A stretch of DNA of 64,000 nucleotides from the NCBI GenBank assembly GCA_963725865.1, contig CAVSAC010000012.1, positions 1,280,001-1,344,000 on the forward strand, in the 5' to 3' direction. This stretch comes from Candidatus Eiseniibacteriota bacterium. Its GTDB lineage: Bacteria > Eisenbacteria > RBG-16-71-46. Both the position numbers and the translations under genes were made by a program. The notes beneath the pieces were generated by a model. It had not been told where the DNA came from. It saw nothing but the letters and a program-made list of their open reading frames with translations, and did not search any database. This document shows, piece by piece, positions 1 through 9,148 of this stretch (position 1 is the first letter of the stretch; every line of letters begins with the position of its first letter).

Positions 1-135
1 GGAAGTCACGACCTCGCCCCTCGGGGGAGCGCGATTCACGCTGGGCGTGCCGAGACTCGGGGGCACCGCGGACGACGCGCGACGAGGTCCGATGGCCGTC
101 GCGCCGTAGCTCGACCGCCCGGGCGCGCCGCTCGA

Positions 136-1422
136 TCAGGCCTCGGCCTTCCTGCCGAAGTCCCGCTCGAGCGGGATCGCCAGCGCCACCAGGAAGCTCG
201 GCACGGTCGCCAGGATCACCCACACGAAGAAGTGGCGGTAGCCGATGTGGTCCTGCAGCCACCCGCTCCACATCCCGGGCAGCATCATGCCGAGCGCCAT
301 GAAGCCGGTGCAGATCGCGTAGTGCGCCGTCTGATGCTCGCCGCGCGAGATGTGGATCATGTACATCAGGTAGGCGGTGAAGCCGAAGCCGTAGCCGAAC
401 TGCTCGATCGCCACGCACAGCTGCACCAGCAGCAGATGGCTGGGCTGGGCGTACGCGAGGTAGATGAAGATCGCATCCGGCAGGTGGATCGCGAGCAGCA
501 TCGGCCACAGCCAGGTCTTCAGGCCATGCCGCGCCACCGCCCAGCCGCCGAGGATCCCGCCCAGCGCCAGCGCCGCCGGCGAGACGGTGCCGTAGACGAA
601 TCCCACCAGCGTGGTGCTGAGCCCGAGCCCGCCCTGGGCGGGCGCGTCGAGCAGGAACGGCGCCGCCATCTTCACCAGCTGCGCCTCGCCGAAGCGGTAG
701 AGCAGCAGGAACAGGAGCAGCACCCCGATGCGCGGCTTGCGGAAGAACGAGCCGAACGTGGCGAGGAACTCGCGGATGAACTGCGGGATCCGCCGCGCCT
801 CGCCCGGGCGGTCGACCGCCGGGCGCGGCAGCACGAAGCGGTGCCACACGCCGAACACCACGAACAGCGCGGCGAGGCAGCCCATCCCGACCGACCACGC
901 GAGGGTCACGCTGTGCGTGCGGCTCTCGATCGTTCCGGCCAGCATCACCAGCAGACCCTGCCCCGCGATCATCGCGATCCGGTAGAAGGTGCTGCGCACG
1001 CCGACGAAGAACGACTGCTGCCGCTCGGTGAGCGCCAGCATGTAGAAGCCGTCCGCGGCGATGTCGTGGGTGGCGGAGTTGAACGCCATCAGCCAGAAGA
1101 TCGCGAGCGTCCAGCGGAACATGTGCGGCCCCGGCACCGTCAGCGCCACGCCGGCGAGCCCCGCGCCGATCACCAGCTGGCTCGCCCAGATCCAGCGCCG
1201 GCGGGTGGCCAGCAGGTCGACCACCGGCGACCACAGCGGCTTGATGACCCACGGCAGGTAGAGCCAGCTCGTGTAGAGGGCGATGTCGGTGTTCGAGAAC
1301 TTGAAGCCCTTGTACATGATGACCGACACCGTCATCACGACCACGTACGGGAGCCCCTCGGCCAGGTAGAGCGAGGGGATCCAGGCCCAGGGCGAGCGGG
1401 TGCGGGACGGCGCTTCGATCAT
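136..1422 (-). CDS. AmpG-family MFS transporter (muropeptide/acetyl-CoA transporter-like)
   Basis: Multi-TM protein with LYLAEGLP, LPWVIKPLWSP and SATHDIAADG motifs typical of the AmpG family; start placed at the ATG of MIEAP. Confidence 0.85.
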   Translation of the reverse strand: MIEAPSRTRSPWAWIPSLYLAEGLPYVVVMTVSVIMYKGFKFSNTDIALYTSWLYLPWVIKPLWSPVVDLLATRRRWIWASQLVIGAGLAGVALTVPGPHMFRWTLAIFWLMAFNSATHDIAADGFYMLALTERQQSFFVGVRSTFYRIAMIAGQGLLVMLAGTIESRTHSVTLAWSVGMGCLAALFVVFGVWHRFVLPRPAVDRPGEARRIPQFIREFLATFGSFFRKPRIGVLLLFLLLYRFGEAQLVKMAAPFLLDAPAQGGLGLSTTLVGFVYGTVSPAALALGGILGGWAVARHGLKTWLWPMLLAIHLPDAIFIYLAYAQPSHLLLVQLCVAIEQFGYGFGFTAYLMYMIHISRGEHQTAHYAICTGFMALGMMLPGMWSGWLQDHIGYRHFFVWVILATVPSFLVALAIPLERDFGRKAEA

Positions 1423-1540
1423 GTGGGAGGCCGCCGGGGTGGGATGTCGATGCCTGCGAACGCTCCCGTGTAGCACGCGTGCGTGGTGATGAGCAAGGGC
1501 AAGCACGCCGGGTTATGCTGCGCGGCGCGAGGGACACTCC

Positions 1541-1813
1541 ATGCCGGCATTCGAGCAGGACTTCCTTCTGCGCCAGATCCGCATGCTGGCGCAGGCGATC
1601 ACCGAGATCGTGCGCAAGGCGCACCTCGACGGCTCGTACGCCGCGGGCATCGACGCGCTGCGCCGCGCGGCCGGCGAGGGCGACGAGGCCCGCCGGCTGA
1701 CCGATCGTGCCGCGGCACTCTACGCCGAGTGTGCGCTCCGCTTCCCGGGCGAAGCGCCGGCGTGCGAAGCCGCCGCACGCGCCCTCGGCGAGCCACACGA
1801 GCCGCGCGGCTGA
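1541..1813 (+). CDS. small hypothetical protein (DUF6483-like N-terminus)
   Basis: N-terminal 'EQDFLLRQIRMLAQAI' resembles DUF6483 proteins; GGGA upstream of the ATG. Confidence 0.5.
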   Translation: MPAFEQDFLLRQIRMLAQAITEIVRKAHLDGSYAAGIDALRRAAGEGDEARRLTDRAAALYAECALRFPGEAPACEAAARALGEPHEPRG

Positions 1814-2105
1814 CCCGGCGTCCGCGCCGCTCCCGGCGCCAGCCCCCTTATATAGAGGAGGCGGGGGCTCGCGGCGGCCCCGCGCCGTGCAAACTGCACG
1901 CCCCGCGCGTGCCGGGCTGCGAGTCCGCCGCGCCCCCTCCTTCCGCCGTCGGGAGCCGTCGGCACCACGATGATCGGGCGCACCTCACTCCGCACTGAGG
2001 ACCGAGGCTCGCGCCGCCGATGACTTGGAAGCGCGGATCCGCCTGCCGGCACATCGCTCGCGTGACACCGGCGGAGCCTCGACCGCAAGCAAGGGAGGCA
2101 TTGCG

Positions 2106-3116
2106 ATGGCATCACCGGACAAGGCGCTGGGTCTCCTGCTGGAGCTCGGCAACCCCGGCGCGCGCCGGACGCGGACGGAGCAACTCGATCACGTGCTGCG
2201 CACGGTGCTGGCGCTGACCGACGGCGACGCGGCGGTGGTGTTCGCGCCGACCGGACGTCGCAGCGAGCGCATGGTCCTGCACGCGGGCAGCGTCGCGACC
2301 GCGCTGTTGCCGCCGCCCTCCCCGGACAGCCCGATCCTGCACTCGCTCGGCGAGCAGTCGGAGCCGCTGGCGCTCGTCGATCTCGCGGAGGACGCGCGGC
2401 TGGTCGCCAGCGACGGCTGCCCGGGCGTCGAGGCGGGGCCGGTGATGTACACGGCACTGCGCCAGCGTGATCCGGCGCCCGGCTACCTGGCGGTGTACCG
2501 CCGGCGCGGGCGCGCCCGCTTCGCGACCGCCGAGATCCGCTCGATGGTGCTGCTGGCGGCGAGCCTCGCGAACTCGCTCGAGGTCCTGCGCCTGTCGAGC
2601 GGCGCCGAGAAGCTGGCGCTGACCGACGACCTCACGCAGGTCTACAACGCACGCTTCCTCAAGGCGGCCCTCAAGCGCGAGCTGAAGCGCGCGGGGCGCT
2701 TCGGCCAGGAGCTCTCGCTGGTGCTCGTGGGGCTCGATCGCTACGAGACGCTCTGCCAGCAGAATGGCGAGCTGCGTGGGAGCGCGCTGCTCAAGGAGAC
2801 GGCGGTGCTGCTGGCGCATCAGGTGCGTTCGTTCGACCTCATGTCGCGCTTCGGCGGCGACCAGTTCATGGTCGTCCTGCCGCAGACCGACCAGGACGGG
2901 GCACTCCAGGTCGCCGAACGCATGCGCGCCGCGGTCGAGTTCCACCCGTTCACCTCGATGCCCGCGGGCACGATCACCGCGAGCATCGGCGTGTCGACGT
3001 TTCCGCAGGAAGGTGCCGAGGCTCCGGCGCTGCTCGCGGCGGCCGAGCGCGCGCTGGCCCGTGCGCAGCAGCGCGGGAGCAACCGCGTCGAGTCGTACCA
3101 GGGCCGCGCCGCCTGA
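2106..3116 (+). CDS. GAF-like + degenerate GGDEF domain protein
   Basis: GGAGG RBS before ATG 2106; TDDLTQVYN, RFGGDQF and ITASIGV motifs; RxxD I-site (RSFD). Confidence 0.85.
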   Translation: MASPDKALGLLLELGNPGARRTRTEQLDHVLRTVLALTDGDAAVVFAPTGRRSERMVLHAGSVATALLPPPSPDSPILHSLGEQSEPLALVDLAEDARLVASDGCPGVEAGPVMYTALRQRDPAPGYLAVYRRRGRARFATAEIRSMVLLAASLANSLEVLRLSSGAEKLALTDDLTQVYNARFLKAALKRELKRAGRFGQELSLVLVGLDRYETLCQQNGELRGSALLKETAVLLAHQVRSFDLMSRFGGDQFMVVLPQTDQDGALQVAERMRAAVEFHPFTSMPAGTITASIGVSTFPQEGAEAPALLAAAERALARAQQRGSNRVESYQGRAA

Positions 3117-3164
3117 GCGCGGGCCGCCGGGCGGCGCGCATCGCGCGTCGCGGCGACCGCCGGC

Positions 3165-3896
3165 CTACTTGAACACCAGGTGGGCCACGGTGGTCTCGAG
3201 GTCCCAGTAGATCAGCGCCACCGCGGTGACGTCGAACGCGGCGTGCGCCACCATGAGCAACGGGAGCCGACCGGTCACGGCGAAGATCGATCCGAACACC
3301 AGACCCGTGACGAGCGCCTGCTCCACTCCCGGCAGCCCCTGGTTCGCGTAGTGGGCCAGTCCGAACAGCCCGGACGTGAGCACCACGATCGCGACCTTTG
3401 CCGCGGTGCTGGCGCCGAACAGCCGGCCGAGCCGCTCGAACAGGAAGCCGCGGAACACGGTCTCCTCCCCGAAGCCCGCGCCGACGATCACGGCGTACAA
3501 CATCGCGGGCAGCGCCGCGGTGTTCCCCACCAGGTAGTGGTAGGCGCTGTTGACGGGCGGGGCCCCGAGCAGCGGCATCACGATCGCCTTCATCGCGAAC
3601 TTGAACGCGACGCCGAAAGCGATGCCCGCGACGATGGTTCGCGGCCAGCTCGCCGGCCGTACGAACCCGATCGCGCGCCACGGGGTGCGCGACCACCGCG
3701 CCCACGCCAGCACCAGGATCGCGCTGAGCGGCAGCACGAGGAGGTTGCCCGCGAGGATGACCAGGATCGCGAGGATGCCGACCGGGCCGAAGCCGCGAAG
3801 GCGCTCGGCGAATGCGTCGTCCACCGCCGGCGGGGCCGGCGTGCCCAAGGGATGTTCGGACGTCGCGGGCGGCGATCCCGGGATGTCGCTCGTCAT
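3165..3896 (-). CDS. CPBP (CAAX/Abi) intramembrane glutamic endopeptidase
   Basis: EETVFRGFL, FGLAH and HAAFD motifs within hydrophobic segments. Confidence 0.9.
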   Translation of the reverse strand: MTSDIPGSPPATSEHPLGTPAPPAVDDAFAERLRGFGPVGILAILVILAGNLLVLPLSAILVLAWARWSRTPWRAIGFVRPASWPRTIVAGIAFGVAFKFAMKAIVMPLLGAPPVNSAYHYLVGNTAALPAMLYAVIVGAGFGEETVFRGFLFERLGRLFGASTAAKVAIVVLTSGLFGLAHYANQGLPGVEQALVTGLVFGSIFAVTGRLPLLMVAHAAFDVTAVALIYWDLETTVAHLVFK

Positions 3897-4140
3897 GGGG
3901 AGGTCCTCGCGTGAGTCGTGAACGGCGACAGCCTGCCCGCGTCCCTCCCCGCCGCGCAAGGGCCATCTGAGCGAGTGCCATCTGAGCGAGCCCGCCGGCC
4001 AGGCAACGGGCCCGGCTCCGCCGCCGGCCGCGCCGTTCGAACGGCCACGCGGACCCGGATCGCCCCCGAGGGTAGAATCCGGGCCGCGTCGCGATGTCCG
4101 GCGAGGAAGCAGAGGAGTGACTCATGGCGGAGGGCCCAGC

Positions 4141-5313
4141 GTGAACGATCGACCGGCGAGGCCGGCGGCGCTGCGCGAACTCGCGCTGCTGTTCCTGCGG
4201 CTCGGGACCACGGCGTTCGGGGGACCGGCCGCGCACATCGCCCTGATGGAGGACGAGGTCGTCCGCCGGCGCGCGTGGCTGAGCCGCGAGGAGTTCCTCG
4301 ACCTGCTCGGCGCGACCCACCTCATCCCGGGGCCCAACTCGACCGAGCTGGCGATCCACCTGGGCCACCGGCGCGCGGGCTGGCCCGGGCTGCTGGTCGC
4401 GGGCACGTGCTTCGTGCTGCCCGCCAGCCTGGTCACGCTGGCCTTCGCCTGGGCCTACGTGCGCTACGGCTCCCTCCCCGCGGCGCAGAGCGTGCTCTAC
4501 GGCGTGAAGCCCGCGGTGATCGCGGTCATCCTGCAGGCGCTGTGGTCGCTGGGGCGCACCGCGCTCAAGTCCCGGTTCCTCGTGGCGCTGGCGCTGGCGT
4601 CGGTGGCCGCGAGCCTCCTCGGCGCGAACGAGCTGTTGCTGCTGCTGCTCGCGGGTGCGATCGCCGCGACGGCGCAGCGGGCGATGTCGCCGCGCAGGCC
4701 GGGCGCGGGAGTGTCCGCTTGGGTGCCGCTCGGACTGGCCGCGTCCGCGGGCTCCGCCCCCGCCGCCGGCGCCGCTGGCGCCGTCGCGTTCGGCCTGCTG
4801 CCGCTGTTCCTGTTCTTCCTCAAGGTCGGAGCCGTGCTGTTCGGCAGCGGCTACGTGCTGCTCGCCTTCCTTCGCGCGGATCTCGTCGAGCGCTGGCACT
4901 GGCTCTCCGAATCCCAATTGCTCGACGCGGTCGCGGTCGGACAGCTCACGCCCGGTCCGGTCTTCACGACCGCGACGTTCATCGGCTACGTGCTGGGCCG
5001 CACCCCCGGGGCGACCGTCGCGACGATCGGCATCTTCCTGCCGGCATTCGTGTTCGTGGCGCTGAGCGCGCCGCTGGTGCCGCGGCTGCGTCGCTCGCCC
5101 ACCGCGGGCGCGTTCCTCGACGGCGTCGTGGTCGCCTCGCTCGCCCTCATGGCCACCGTGGCGTGGCACCTCGGGCGCAGCGCCCTGGTCGACCCGCTCG
5201 CTGTCGGGCTGGCGATCGCGAGCGCGATCGCGCTGTTCCGTTTCCGCGTGAGCTCGCTGTGGCTGATCGTCGCGGGCGCGCTGATCGGGCTGCTGGGACA
5301 CGGCGGCGGGTGA
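4141..5313 (+). CDS. chrA: chromate efflux transporter (long-chain CHR)
   Basis: Two homologous halves with AFGGPAAHI...PGPNS and FGSGY...TPGP motifs; start uncertain (4117 or 4141). Confidence 0.92.
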   Translation: MNDRPARPAALRELALLFLRLGTTAFGGPAAHIALMEDEVVRRRAWLSREEFLDLLGATHLIPGPNSTELAIHLGHRRAGWPGLLVAGTCFVLPASLVTLAFAWAYVRYGSLPAAQSVLYGVKPAVIAVILQALWSLGRTALKSRFLVALALASVAASLLGANELLLLLLAGAIAATAQRAMSPRRPGAGVSAWVPLGLAASAGSAPAAGAAGAVAFGLLPLFLFFLKVGAVLFGSGYVLLAFLRADLVERWHWLSESQLLDAVAVGQLTPGPVFTTATFIGYVLGRTPGATVATIGIFLPAFVFVALSAPLVPRLRRSPTAGAFLDGVVVASLALMATVAWHLGRSALVDPLAVGLAIASAIALFRFRVSSLWLIVAGALIGLLGHGGG

Positions 5314-5326
5314 CGCCCGGTCCCGC

Positions 5327-5671
5327 TCAGGAGCCGGCTTCCGGCCCCCCGTAGCTCACGATCCGCACCGCCTCCAGCGTGACGAGTCCCTCCTGCACGA
5401 GCGTGTCGACCTCCTGCATGTAGCGCCGGATGGCTGCGTCGGAATCGACCAGCTCGATCACCACCGGCAGGTCGCTCGAGAGCTCCGCCAGCTTGGCGGT
5501 GTGCATGCGGGAATGGCGGCCGAAGCCCAGCGGCCCGTGCAGCACCGTCGCCCCGGAGAGTCCCAGCGCGTGCGCGCGCTGGACGAGCACCTTGTAGAGC
5601 GGCTGGCCCTCATGGCGGTCGGAGTCCCCGATGAAGATGCGCAGCAACGTGCCTTCGCTCGTCCGGATCAT
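5327..5671 (-). CDS. DUF190 (PII-like) protein
   Basis: LLRIFIGDSDRHEGQPLY...GATVLHG.LGFG...LSSDLPVVIELVD is the DUF190 signature; lies downstream of fluC. Confidence 0.9.
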   Translation of the reverse strand: MIRTSEGTLLRIFIGDSDRHEGQPLYKVLVQRAHALGLSGATVLHGPLGFGRHSRMHTAKLAELSSDLPVVIELVDSDAAIRRYMQEVDTLVQEGLVTLEAVRIVSYGGPEAGS

Positions 5672-6024
5672 GATGCGGTCTCCTTCCCGCCCCCGCGATA
5701 GTGCACGACGCGCGCGCGCTCGAGCGTCACCCGCACCGCGTGGCCCGCGAGCATCGGCTCGACTGCGGCCAGGAACCGTTGCAGATTCTCCTCCGAGTCC
5801 ACGATCTCGAGCACGACCGGATGCTCGACCTGCAGCCCGTGGACGTGCTCGCCGAGGATGCGCCCGCGATCCACGTAGCCGTAGACCCCGGTCAGCACGG
5901 TGGCGCCGGCGAGATGCTCCTTGCGCGCCCGCCCGACCAGCGCCTCGTACAGCGGACTCGTGTGCCAGCGGGCGAAGTTGCTCAGGTGCAGCCGCAGCAG
6001 GACTTGATCGCCTTCGAGCTTCAC
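5668..6024 (-). CDS. DUF190 (PII-like) protein, second paralog
   Basis: GTG start overlaps the fluC stop (GTGA); PLYEALV...LAGATVLTGVYGY...PVVLEIVDSEE. Confidence 0.85.
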   Translation of the reverse strand: MKLEGDQVLLRLHLSNFARWHTSPLYEALVGRARKEHLAGATVLTGVYGYVDRGRILGEHVHGLQVEHPVVLEIVDSEENLQRFLAAVEPMLAGHAVRVTLERARVVHYRGGGKETAS

Positions 6025-6407
6025 AGCAGGCCTCCGAGCGCCGGCGTGAACAGGATGCCGAGGCGCACGCCGGCCAGACCCGCGACGACGCTCAGGACGA
6101 TGTTGAGGAGCGCGCGCACCCAGGCGCCGTCGTGGAACAGGCTGTGCGTCTCGTAGGCGAACGACGAGAACGTGGTGAGCGAGCCGAGGAAGCCCACGAT
6201 CATCACCAGCCGGACGACCTCGGGCCGGTCGACGAGCCGCCCGGTCACCATTGTCGCGACGACGCCGATCGCGAGGCATCCGCCGGCGTTCACGACGAAG
6301 GTGCCGTACGGGAACGCGGTGCCCAGCCACTGGGCCATGACGCGGTTCACCAGGTAGCGCGCGTTGGCGCCCAGCACGGCGCCGAGCGAGATCCAGAGGA
6401 ACGGCAT
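6021..6407 (-). CDS. crcB: fluoride efflux channel Fluc/CrcB
   Basis: GAVLGANARY, FPYGTFVVN and GFLGSLTTFSSF signatures; preceded by a fluoride riboswitch. Confidence 0.95.
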   Translation of the reverse strand: MPFLWISLGAVLGANARYLVNRVMAQWLGTAFPYGTFVVNAGGCLAIGVVATMVTGRLVDRPEVVRLVMIVGFLGSLTTFSSFAYETHSLFHDGAWVRALLNIVLSVVAGLAGVRLGILFTPALGGLL

Positions 6408-6432
6408 GAGGCGCGAGATGGTCGACCTCCAC

Positions 6433-6473
6433 AAAAAAAGACTCCGGGCCTCCGCGGACGGAGGTCAGGAGTC
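6433..6473 (-). terminator. intrinsic terminator forming the riboswitch expression platform
   Basis: Minus strand GACUCC...GGAGUC stem with an inner CCUCCG/CGGAGG stem followed by U7; its 5' arm overlaps the aptamer 3' end. Confidence 0.85.
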
Positions 6474-6520
6474 ATCAGCCCGCGCTCGCTGCGGGCGGTT
6501 CGAGGCGAACTCCATCGCCG
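6467..6520 (-). ncRNA. fluoride (crcB) riboswitch
   Basis: Minus strand reads GGCGAUGGAGUUCGCC-UCG-AACCGC...GCUGAUGACUCCU, matching the fluoride aptamer consensus. Confidence 0.95.
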
Positions 6521-6535
6521 AACGACTGTGCGGCT

Positions 6536-6565
6536 ACGTTAGGGAAGATCGGCGAGCGAGGTCAA
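6536..6565 (-). promoter_or_regulatory. putative sigma70 promoter of the fluC operon
   Basis: TTGACC-N18-TAACGT just upstream of the riboswitch. Confidence 0.5.
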
Positions 6566-6603
6566 GGGGATTGGGCGGGACGGGCCGCTCGCGGCACGCG
6601 CGA

Positions 6604-7776
6604 TCAGTCGCGCGGCGGGCGGTCGTCCGCCGCGATCACCCGGCCTTCGCGCAGGCGCACGCGATGCAGGACGATGCCCAGCTCGTGCTCGTAGCGGCGG
6701 ACCAGCCGGACCTCGTTGGCGGTCATCAGGCTCACCGCCTCGCCCTTTGCCCTCGCGCGCGCCGTGCGGCCCACGCGATGCAGGTACGCCTTGCTCTGCG
6801 TGGGCACGTCGAGGTTGATCACGTGCGTTACGCCCGCGATGTCGAGCCCGCGCGCCGCCACGTCGGAGGCCACCAGCACGCGCGCCCGGGCGCTGCGGAA
6901 GTCAGCCATCGCCCGCTGGCGGCCGAGCTTGTCGATCCCCGCATGCAGCTCCGCGACCGGGACCTGGTGATGGGCGAGCTGCGCCGCGACCCGCTCGGCC
7001 GTCGCGTTGAGATGCGCGAACACCAGCGCGCGCTCCGGGCGCAGCGCGTGCAGGAGTTGCCGCAGCACGCGCGGCTTGTCGCGCTCCTCGCAGACCAGGT
7101 AGCGGTGGACGATCTCCGCATTCACGGCCGCCACTCCGGGCCGCAGCATGGCCACGCCGGGCGCGAGCGTCGCGATCGCGTCCGCGCTCTCGGGCTGCTC
7201 CGTCGCCGAAGCGAAGATCAGCTGTCGACCCTTCGGCATGCCCTGGACGATCGCGCGGACGACCGGCAGCCCCTCCTCGATCATCAAGCGGTCGGCCTCG
7301 TCGACCACGACCGTGCGCACACCCAGCGTCTTGAGCTTGCCCATGCCCATCAGTTCGCGAATGCGGCCCGGCGAGCCGACCACCACGTGCGGCTTGCTCT
7401 TGAGCTTGTCGAGCTGACGCTCCATCGACGTGCCGCCGATGAGCAGCAACGAGCGGATCGGCCAGCCGGCATTCTGGGCGAGGTCGCAGGCCTGCCGGTG
7501 GATCTGGATCGCCAGCTCGTGGGTGGGCGCGAGGACCACGGCCTGCGTCGCCGCGCGGGCCGCCTCGATCCGTCCGAAGATCGGCAGCAGATACGCGAGC
7601 GTCTTGCCGGTGCCCGTCTCGGCGTTCAGGTACGCGTCGCGGCCCTCGAACAGCACCGGCAGCGCCAGCTGCTGAATGGGCGTGGGTTCGGTGATGCCCT
7701 GCTTCGCGAGGGCCGCGACGAGGTCGGTGGCGACGCCGAGCTCAGCGAACGTGATGACGGCACCGCGGCGCGGCAT
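6604..7776 (-). CDS. DEAD-box RNA helicase (core only)
   Basis: Q-motif PTPIQ, AETGTGKT, PTHELA, DEAD, SAT, ARGLD and HRVGRTAR; start uncertain. Confidence 0.93.
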   Translation of the reverse strand: MPRRGAVITFAELGVATDLVAALAKQGITEPTPIQQLALPVLFEGRDAYLNAETGTGKTLAYLLPIFGRIEAARAATQAVVLAPTHELAIQIHRQACDLAQNAGWPIRSLLLIGGTSMERQLDKLKSKPHVVVGSPGRIRELMGMGKLKTLGVRTVVVDEADRLMIEEGLPVVRAIVQGMPKGRQLIFASATEQPESADAIATLAPGVAMLRPGVAAVNAEIVHRYLVCEERDKPRVLRQLLHALRPERALVFAHLNATAERVAAQLAHHQVPVAELHAGIDKLGRQRAMADFRSARARVLVASDVAARGLDIAGVTHVINLDVPTQSKAYLHRVGRTARARAKGEAVSLMTANEVRLVRRYEHELGIVLHRVRLREGRVIAADDRPPRD

Positions 7777-7922
7777 GAGTCATGGGGTGGCCTCCCGGCG
7801 GAGCGATGATGCGTGGACTGTGCGCAGCCGTCGCGAACGTCGCGAGTTCAGGCTGGGGTTTCGTGGCGGCGAGTGTACGCCACCTCGCGCCCGGCCTCCG
7901 CACGGCGCATCGACGTCGCATT

Positions 7923-8135
7923 CGAGGATGTGGACATGTCCTGACCCGGGGGAAGCGTCAATCCACCGAGATTCCCCGCTGCCGTGACCGGAGCGAGTGT
8001 CCGTCCCGCCGCGTCGTTGTACGCCGTCGTCAGGTCGGCCATCGCCTGTGCCGATGTGGGATCGCCTGCGTGCTTCGTGCCGGTGAGCGTGCCGGGAGGG
8101 AATCCGGTCCCCGCGGTGCCCGGGCTCACGCCCCG
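7923..8135 (-). pseudogene. internal fragment of an ice-binding-like DUF3494 gene
   Basis: GVSPGTA.TGFPPGT..G..HAGD..AQA.ADLTTAYNDAAGR...GNLGGLTLPPG resembles DUF3494; N- and C-terminal parts are missing. Confidence 0.8.
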
Positions 8136-8181
8136 GATCACTTCAGGGCGCTGCGGTGACGTGGATTGCGCGGCAGTTGAG

Positions 8182-8258
8182 TGGTGGCCCCGGCTGGAGT
8201 CGAACCAGCGGCACGCGGTTTAGGAAACCGCTGCTCTATCCGTCTGAGCTACGGGGCC
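8182..8258 (-). tRNA. tRNA-Arg(CCT)
   Basis: GGCCCCG-TAGCTCAGACGGATAGAGC-A-GCGGT-TTCCTAA-ACCGC-...GGTTCGACTCC...CGGGGCC-ACCA; full cloverleaf with encoded CCA. Confidence 0.97.
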
Positions 8259-8266
8259 ACAATGAG

Positions 8267-8970
8267 TTAGGAAATGCTGGTGGTCCTTCTGGTGGCCCTT
8301 TCCCCCATCTTCACTCGCTCGGCCATCACGATCTCATCAGTTAGACGAGCGTAACGCTGAGTGGTGACTATGGAGGCGTGACCGAGGACCTGCTGCAAAG
8401 CCGCCAAACTTCCACCACTCTCGAGCCACTCGCAAGCGAACGTGTGACGGAGTTGGTGTGCGTGGAATCGTGACAACCCCGTCGACTTCCGGACGGTGCG
8501 GCTGAACGACCCGGATGCGTGCTCCGCGAACGGCACCAGGCGACCCACGTGGGTTCGAATCTCGGCCAGGAGTTCTCCGTCGAGCGGCACCCGTCGGATC
8601 TTCGACGACTTCGTCTGAGACACGACGAGGAACCCGCGCTCCACGTCACTTGCCTGCGCCCTGGTCAGCTCGGCCCATCTAAGACCAGTCCCGAGAGCGA
8701 GCCGACAGATGAATCCGTAGGGCTCCGGCAGGGAGCGCAGGGCTTCCGCTTCGCCGTTCGTCAGCCGGTCCGGCGGCCGCTCCTGAATCTTCGGCAGCAG
8801 CCGTCTCGGAATCGGAGACCGCTGAACGAGCCCCGTGTCTTCACACCAGCGGAGGAGGCACCGGGCATCGGCCAGCAAGTGGCTGACGCTTTGGACTGAC
8901 AGTTTCTGGTTCTCGAGGTACAAGCGATAGCTCCGCAGGTGTTCGCTCGTGAGACGCGACAGCAGGTAGT
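8267..8970 (-). pseudogene. tyrosine recombinase/integrase, 5'-truncated
   Basis: Catalytic set present: TGLR, K (KSSK), HQLRH, LGH and TTQRY; no credible start and the N-terminal domain is missing; stop lies 8 nt before the tRNA. Confidence 0.85.
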
Positions 8971-9002
8971 GACGACTCGAGTCGTGCCAACTCGCCCAAC
9001 GC

Positions 9003-9110
9003 GACGCGGCCTTCGAGTGGCTGGAGCGTGCTGTCGCCTAGCGCGACTCCGGTGTCGCCCTGGCCAAGGTGAACCCGCTGCTCCAATCGCTCCACTCCGA
9101 TCCGCTGCGG
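9003..9110 (+). pseudogene. C-terminal remnant of a Ser/Thr kinase-TPR paralog
   Basis: Translates DAAFEWLERAVA*RDSGVALAKVNPLLQSLHSDP, homologous to the C-termini of the kinases at 38.3-40.6 kb and 52.6-54.8 kb; in-frame TAG. Confidence 0.75.
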
Positions 9111-9148
9111 CGACTGCTCTCTGCGCAAGCTGGGGCTCGCGGACTGAA

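Noticed and set aside
8267..8274. Extra TTAGGAAA matching the att core at the integrase stop
   Set aside because: Only 8 bp with no flanking tRNA similarity; it cannot be distinguished from chance.
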